Assembly (NCBI GenBank): GCA_965199955.1
Contig: CBDATQ010000002.1
Span: 416,001 to 480,000, forward strand
Source: Spirochaetia bacterium
Lineage (GTDB): Bacteria; Spirochaetota; Spirochaetia; SZUA-6; Bin103
Reading direction: 5' to 3'
Length of the DNA: 64,000 nucleotides
Part shown: positions 56,935 to 64,000 of the stretch, piece by piece
Position numbering within the stretch: position 1 is the stretch's first letter
Layout: each line of letters opens with the position of its first letter
The notes under the pieces: model-generated
Told to the model about the DNA's origin: nothing
Databases searched by the model: none
Seen by the model: only the letters and a program-made list of their open reading frames with translations
Program-made: the position numbers and the translations under genes

Positions 56935-57711
56935 TCACCAGCGATAGGAGGGGTCTTCCTGATCGAGGATCTCGCGCAGCGCTCGGAAGTGGTCCTCGCT
57001 CAGGTCGGGGTAGTTTCGCCACTGGAGCTCGGTCTTGGCCGCGACGCGGTCGGGGACGGCGCGCACCTTCATGCCGGTCTGCACGGCGATGAGGTACGTG
57101 CAGCAGGCGCGCTCGTAGTAGTAGAGGTCGTCGAACGCCTGCGCGACCGTCGGGCCGAACACCATCACGCCGTGGTGGCGCATGAGCAGGATCGGGTTGT
57201 CGCCGACCAGGCGGCCGACGCGTTCGGCCTCGTCGTCCAGGCCCATGCCGTCGAACTGGTCGTCGATGGTCACCCGCCCCCAGAAGCGCATCGCGTTCTG
57301 CTCGACTGGCGGCAGCGTGGGGTCGTCCAGGCAGGCCAGCGCCGTGGCGTACTTCGAGTGCACGTGCAGGACGCAGCGGGCGCCCGGCACGTTGCGGTGG
57401 ATGCTGCCGTGCAGGGCCCAGGCGGTCGGGTCGGGCGCGTCCGGGCGCTCCATCGTGCTCGGATCGCCCGCGTCGAGGAGCAGCAGCTCGCTGGCCCTGA
57501 CGCGCGAGAAATGGCGGCCGCGCGGGTTCATCAGGAACTTCGTGCCGGCTGCGTCGACCGCCAGGCTGAAGTGGTTGGCGACCGATTCGTGCAGGTCGTA
57601 GCGTGCCGCCCATCGGAACGCGCACGCCAGGGCGATGCGCTCCTCGCGGAAGTCCATGCCCGGGTTGCCGTCGACCGCCGGTTCGGTGGCGATGACCTGG
57701 GTTTGTGCCAT
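56935..57711 (-). CDS. Class II aldolase/adducin family protein
   Basis: ANHFS, FLMNP, LHGSIH, LHVHS, MRHHG. Confidence 0.9.
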   Translation of the reverse strand: MAQTQVIATEPAVDGNPGMDFREERIALACAFRWAARYDLHESVANHFSLAVDAAGTKFLMNPRGRHFSRVRASELLLLDAGDPSTMERPDAPDPTAWALHGSIHRNVPGARCVLHVHSKYATALACLDDPTLPPVEQNAMRFWGRVTIDDQFDGMGLDDEAERVGRLVGDNPILLMRHHGVMVFGPTVAQAFDDLYYYERACCTYLIAVQTGMKVRAVPDRVAAKTELQWRNYPDLSEDHFRALREILDQEDPSYRW

Positions 57712-57787
57712 GCCGGCCACGGTACCTTCCGCCGCTTGTCCCGGCAACGGCGCGGGACCTATGATCTGTGGGGCCAGGAGGGGGCAG

Positions 57788-58078
57788 ATGGGAATGCGGC
57801 AGACGGCACGGCCGAAGCAGCGCCTGATGTACATCCACGCGCAGACGCCCAACATCCAGTCGCCGATCCTGGGCTTCACGGTCTACGAGCCGGTGCCCGG
57901 CTTCGCGGTCGAGCTGCAGGTGGATCCGCCGCCGTGTCCGTACGAGTCCGTGCACGACGCGGTGTGCGACGGCTGGCAGATCGTGCAGTTCCCGCTGCAC
58001 CAGGCCGATTTCGACGACGACGACCTGGACATGGTCGGCTACGAGTTCGTGCTGCAGAAGATGGAGGTGGTCGAATGA
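57788..58078 (+). CDS. Small hypothetical protein coupled to PhyH
   Basis: PYESVHDAVCDGWQIVQFP…GYEFVLQK; ATGA overlap with the next gene. Confidence 0.65.
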   Translation: MGMRQTARPKQRLMYIHAQTPNIQSPILGFTVYEPVPGFAVELQVDPPPCPYESVHDAVCDGWQIVQFPLHQADFDDDDLDMVGYEFVLQKMEVVE

Positions 58079-58878
58079 GCACGATCGCGGCGGCGCACCC
58101 GGACACGCTTCTGGACGACCGGGCGGTGGTCGACTTCATCATCCGCGGCCATCTCCTGCTGGAGCTCGACCTGCCGGCCGGCATGAACGAACGGATCGCC
58201 GCGACGCTGGACGGCATGGACGGCAACCCGGGCGACGCCATCACCGACGCGGTCCCGGATCTCCACCGGGTGCTGGACCACCCGCTCGTGCAGGGCGCGC
58301 TGACCAGCCTGGCGGGAGATGACTACCAGGTCATGGCGCACCGCCATTGGCACTGCAAGGAGCCGGGCACCGCGTACATGCACTGGCACCAGGACGGCAA
58401 GAACCGGCGTGGCGTCGGCCTGGACCGGTTCCTGGGGCTCTACTATCCCGCCGACGTCACCCCCGACATGGGGCCGACGATCATCGTGCCCGGCACCCAC
58501 TTCCGCAACGCGCCCACCGACCGCATGCGGACCTACACCAACATCAGCGGCCAGGTGCCGCTGGTGGTGAAGGCGGGCACCTTCGCGCTGACGCACTACG
58601 ACCTCTGGCACGGCACGGCCGCCAACCGCTCGGGCCGGCGCCGGCACATGATCAAGTTCCTGTTCAACCGCACCCGGCCCAACGAGCGGCCGACGTGGAA
58701 TCACGACCCGGAGGCCATGAACGGCCTGCGGGACTGGAACCGGCGCTCCGCGTCCGAGCAGCCGCTCGACATGCTGACGTTCACCAACCCGCTGAACGTG
58801 TCGCAGACCGACCACTACAAGGAGGTCGCCAGGCGGCGCGCCGTCTGGGACGAGCTCACGCGGGCGGCGTCGCCGTGA
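58075..58878 (+). CDS. PhyH-family dioxygenase
   Basis: WHQDG, YYP.DVT.DMGPT.IVPGTH, YDLWHG..N….R.MIKF. Confidence 0.88.
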   Translation: MSTIAAAHPDTLLDDRAVVDFIIRGHLLLELDLPAGMNERIAATLDGMDGNPGDAITDAVPDLHRVLDHPLVQGALTSLAGDDYQVMAHRHWHCKEPGTAYMHWHQDGKNRRGVGLDRFLGLYYPADVTPDMGPTIIVPGTHFRNAPTDRMRTYTNISGQVPLVVKAGTFALTHYDLWHGTAANRSGRRRHMIKFLFNRTRPNERPTWNHDPEAMNGLRDWNRRSASEQPLDMLTFTNPLNVSQTDHYKEVARRRAVWDELTRAASP

Positions 58879-60068
58879 GCGGCACCGGCGTTCGTGCCGG
58901 GCCCCTGCTGGGCGCGGTCGCGGCCGCGCTGACGTTCGCCGGGCTCGGGCTGGGCATGCTGATCGCCCGCCACACGCCGGGCGTGCCGGCGGAGCCTGAC
59001 GCCCCGCAGCCGTGGGCGGCTTCCGCTCCGGCGCAGCCGGTGCAGTGGACGGAAGGCGTCGCGGGCGGGCGCTACTACTCGGCCGACGAGCGCAACAACA
59101 TCGCCATCTACGACGCCCTCAACGAGGGGGTGGTCAACGTCTCGGCCGAGGGCAGCGTGGTCTTCCGCTATCGCCCCATTCCCCGCTCCGACTCGGGCTC
59201 CGGCGTGATCATCGACGCCGACGGCCACGTGCTGACCAGCCACCACGTGATCAGGAACGCCACCCGCCTGACGGTCACGCTCTGGGACGGCAGCGAGCAC
59301 GACGCGGCGCTCGTCGGCGCCGATCCGGAGAACGACCTGGCGGTGATCCGTTTCGATCCGGGCGGCACGCCGCTGACGGTGATCCCGTTCGGGGATTCGA
59401 CCGACCTGCGTGTCGGCCAGAAGGTGCTGGCGATCGGCAACCCGTTCGGCCAGGATCGGTCGCTGACCACCGGCATCGTCTCCGGCCTGGGCCGGCCGGT
59501 GGAGGCGGACGACGGCCGCATCATCCAGCAGATGATCCAGACCGACGCCTCCATCAATCCCGGCAACTCCGGCGGACCGCTGCTGAACGCCAGCGGCCTC
59601 ATGATCGGCATCAACACCATGATCTTCTCGCCCACCGGCGCCTCGGTCGGCATCGGCTTCGCCGTGCCGATCGCCACCGCCCGCCGCGTGCTGCCCGAGC
59701 TCCTGGAGAGCGGTACGGTGCGGCGCGGCTGGATAGACATGCGGGCCGTGCCAATCTCGGCGCGCCTGGCGCGGGCGCTGGACCTGACGCGCCGTGACGG
59801 GTTGCTGGTGCACGTGGTCGAGCCCGACTCGCCCGCGGCGCGGGCCGGCCTGCGCGGCGGCACCAACCCGGTACGCTGGAACCAGAGGGTGTTCTATGCC
59901 GGCGGCGACATCATCGTCGAGGTGGACGGTCACCAGATCAGCGGCTATCGCGAGCTGCTGGCCGCGCTGGAGGACAACAAGCCGGGCGAGGAGGTGACGG
60001 TGGTCGTGGAGCGCGACGGCCGCCTGCGGGAGCTGTCGGTCACGTTGAGCGAGCGCTCTCGTGAGTAA
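58875..60068 (+). CDS. htrA: HtrA/DegP serine protease with PDZ domain
   Basis: SGSGVII, TSHHVI, DLAVI, QTDASINPGNSGGPL, C-terminal PDZ. Confidence 0.93.
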   Translation: MSGTGVRAGPLLGAVAAALTFAGLGLGMLIARHTPGVPAEPDAPQPWAASAPAQPVQWTEGVAGGRYYSADERNNIAIYDALNEGVVNVSAEGSVVFRYRPIPRSDSGSGVIIDADGHVLTSHHVIRNATRLTVTLWDGSEHDAALVGADPENDLAVIRFDPGGTPLTVIPFGDSTDLRVGQKVLAIGNPFGQDRSLTTGIVSGLGRPVEADDGRIIQQMIQTDASINPGNSGGPLLNASGLMIGINTMIFSPTGASVGIGFAVPIATARRVLPELLESGTVRRGWIDMRAVPISARLARALDLTRRDGLLVHVVEPDSPAARAGLRGGTNPVRWNQRVFYAGGDIIVEVDGHQISGYRELLAALEDNKPGEEVTVVVERDGRLRELSVTLSERSRE

Positions 60069-60140
60069 CGATCGCCAGAGTCGAGGCGCGCCGTACCCCT
60101 GCGAGCCGCGGAAATCCGTCACGTTGAGCGAACGCTCCCG

Positions 60141-60144
<4 letters not shown>
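60039..60144. repeat. ~26-bp direct repeat at the htrA/uvrB junction
   Basis: GTCACGTTGAGCGAGCGCTCTCGTGA (60039-64) and GTCACGTTGAGCGAACGCTCCCGGTGA (60118-44). Confidence 0.85.
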
Positions 60145-62200
<2,056 letters not shown>

Positions 62201-62204
<4 letters not shown>

Positions 62205-62602
62205 GCATGCGTCCGGCGGGCGTGGCGGCGTTGCTGTTGTCTCTGACCCTCGGGCTCGGCGCGTGCGGGTCGCCGAAGATCGAGCCGGCGCTAGTGCTGC
62301 CGCCGACGCCGGTGCTGGCGATGTCCATCCGATGGGCGGTGGTCGACGTGGACGGCCTGCGGCTGCGGGAAAAGCCGGATCAGACCGGACGCATCCTGCT
62401 GTCGCTGACGGAGGGAGCCCGCGTGGAGATCCTCGCGCGGACGCCCGACGCGATGGAGATCGACGGGCAGACCGACTACTGGTACCAGGTCAACCACAAC
62501 GGCCTGCGCGGCTGGACGTTCGGCGCCTTCCTTACAGAGGTGCCCGGCCTCGCCGAGGTGAGTGCGTACGCGGAGACGGGCTCTGCCGGAAGCGATCGTT
62601 GA
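62201..62602 (+). CDS. SH3 domain lipoprotein
   Basis: Lipobox LGAC; LRLREKPD…WYQV….GWTFGAFL. Confidence 0.82.
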
Positions 62603-64000
62603 ACATTCCGTTCGATGAGGTTCCGTTCGATGAGGTCGTCGCCTGGCTTCGCATCTGGGCGGTGCCGCCGCTCATGGGTGCGGCTATCGGCTACGCGACG
62701 AACTTCGTGGCGATCCGGATGCTCTTTCGACCGCTGACCCGCAAGCGCGTCCTCGGCATCCCGGTGCCGCTGACACCGGGCGTGATCCCCCGTCAGCGGG
62801 GACAGCTCGCGCGGAGCATCGCCAGCGTGGTGTCGCGCGAGCTGCTCACGCCGGACGCGATCCGCGCTCATCTGCAACGGCCCGAGTTCGCCGTGCGCCT
62901 GCGCGTTCAGCTCGCGTCGCTCTCGGGTGAGCTGCTCGCCATGCCGGTGCGGAAGCTGGCGGGCGCCGTGCAGGGCGCTCGGCCGCAGATCGAGCAGGGA
63001 CTGGCGGCGCTGTTGCACCGGCTGTTCGGCTCGCGCGGCTTCATCTACGCGCTGCGGGGACTGGTCGGGCGCGCGGTGGAGAGCGCCGGCGGCCAGCGCC
63101 TGAGCGAGGTGGCGGATGACCTTACGTTGTCGGCCTTCGTGAGCGGCCGACTCGTTCCCAGGCTGGCCGAGCCGGAGGTGGGACGGCAGATCGGCCGCGC
63201 CGTCTCAGGCGTCGCCGAGCGGCCGCAGGCGACGGTCGGCGATCTGCTGCCGCCGGCCGTCGCGGAGCGTCTGGCCGTCATGCTGCCTGCGGTCGTGCCG
63301 TCGCTGATGCGCGAGCTGGTCCGATGGTTGCGGCGGCCCGCCATGCGCGGCGAGCTGGAGACGCGCGGGAGGCTGCTGCTGCGCGACATCCTGGATCGGC
63401 TCAACCTGATGCAGAAGCTGTTCATCGGGGCCGCGCAGTACGACCGCACGCTGGCCGAACGCATGCCGGAGATCGTCGACGACGCGCTGCGCCAACTGGA
63501 GCACGCCGCCGACGACCCGGAGGTGGTGGCGCACATGCAGGAGTCGCTCCACGAGTGGCTGGCATCGGCCCGCGAGCGGCCCCTGGCCGACGTGCTCCCG
63601 GATGCGGCCGAGCAGCGGATCGGCGAGCTGTGGGGTCCCGCGGCCGCGGGACCGGTCGCCGCGCTCATCGACGCCGTGCTGCAGCGGTTCCTGGAGGAGC
63701 ACGGACAGACGCCGATCGCCGAGCTCGCGGCCCGCTTCCTCGGCGTGTCGGCAAGCGATACGGTGGACGAGATCTCGCAACGGTTGCTGCGCTACCTGTC
63801 CGACGAGCAGACCGCCCGGTCGGTCGCGGCGCAGATCGCGGGCGCCATCGACCGGCTGGCCGACTCCGGGGACGTGACCCTGGCGGAGCTGCTTGCCCTC
63901 GACGCGGGCGGCAAGGCCGCCCTGGACGACGCCGTCGCCAGCCGCGCGGAGCGCCTGCTGGTGGAGCAGGTCCCGACGATGGTGGCCGCGCTGGACGTGG
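62599..64000 (+). CDS. DUF445 family membrane protein, 3'-partial
   Basis: TTG start overlapping the SH3 stop; GAAIGYATNFVAIRMLFRP…TPGVIPR….LA; runs off the window. Confidence 0.85.
   Translation, partial: MNIPFDEVPFDEVVAWLRIWAVPPLMGAAIGYATNFVAIRMLFRPLTRKRVLGIPVPLTPGVIPRQRGQLARSIASVVSRELLTPDAIRAHLQRPEFAVRLRVQLASLSGELLAMPVRKLAGAVQGARPQIEQGLAALLHRLFGSRGFIYALRGLVGRAVESAGGQRLSEVADDLTLSAFVSGRLVPRLAEPEVGRQIGRAVSGVAERPQATVGDLLPPAVAERLAVMLPAVVPSLMRELVRWLRRPAMRGELETRGRLLLRDILDRLNLMQKLFIGAAQYDRTLAERMPEIVDDALRQLEHAADDPEVVAHMQESLHEWLASARERPLADVLPDAAEQRIGELWGPAAAGPVAALIDAVLQRFLEEHGQTPIAELAARFLGVSASDTVDEISQRLLRYLSDEQTARSVAAQIAGAIDRLADSGDVTLAELLALDAGGKAALDDAVASRAERLLVEQVPTMVAALDV

Overview
GC-rich bacterial window, most likely from a spirochaete (inferred from the ClpC, RNase Z, S21 and Lon sequence style; not checked by search). 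Core-gene blocks sit at each end. 1-27.4 kb holds ftsY, lolCDE-like ABC genes, clpC, a TPR protein, efp/epmA, rnz, tsaC, lon, recO, thpR, recJ, rpsU, two Met tRNAs, rnhA and comM. 58.9-64 kb holds htrA, uvrB, an SH3 lipoprotein and DUF445. Between them is a ~31 kb accessory region with five main parts: (i) a catabolic cluster (peptide-type ABC binding protein and permeases, two Gfo/Idh/MocA oxidoreductases, an amidohydrolase), plus a sulfatase, PhyH dioxygenases and a class II aldolase; (ii) a three-layer nested IS, in which an unclassified DDE element with 62-bp inverted repeats has an IS1634 in its left IR and an IS66 in its transposase, both with intact target duplications, and an internally deleted IS1634 lies nearby; (iii) lower-GC cargo (P63C protein, hypotheticals) bracketed by further inverted repeats; (iv) several decayed toxin-antitoxin genes and a Schlafen/AlbA_2-ATPase gene; (v) an archaeal-style nurA-herA-sbcD-sbcC operon whose herA has one in-frame TAA. 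comM has an in-frame TAG exactly at its Walker B Glu. At several core-gene junctions, short direct duplications (about 26 bp around ~55-bp inserts) split formerly overlapping signals. No CRISPR array or rRNA was seen. None of these systems can be called new from sequence alone, and some lesions may be assembly errors.
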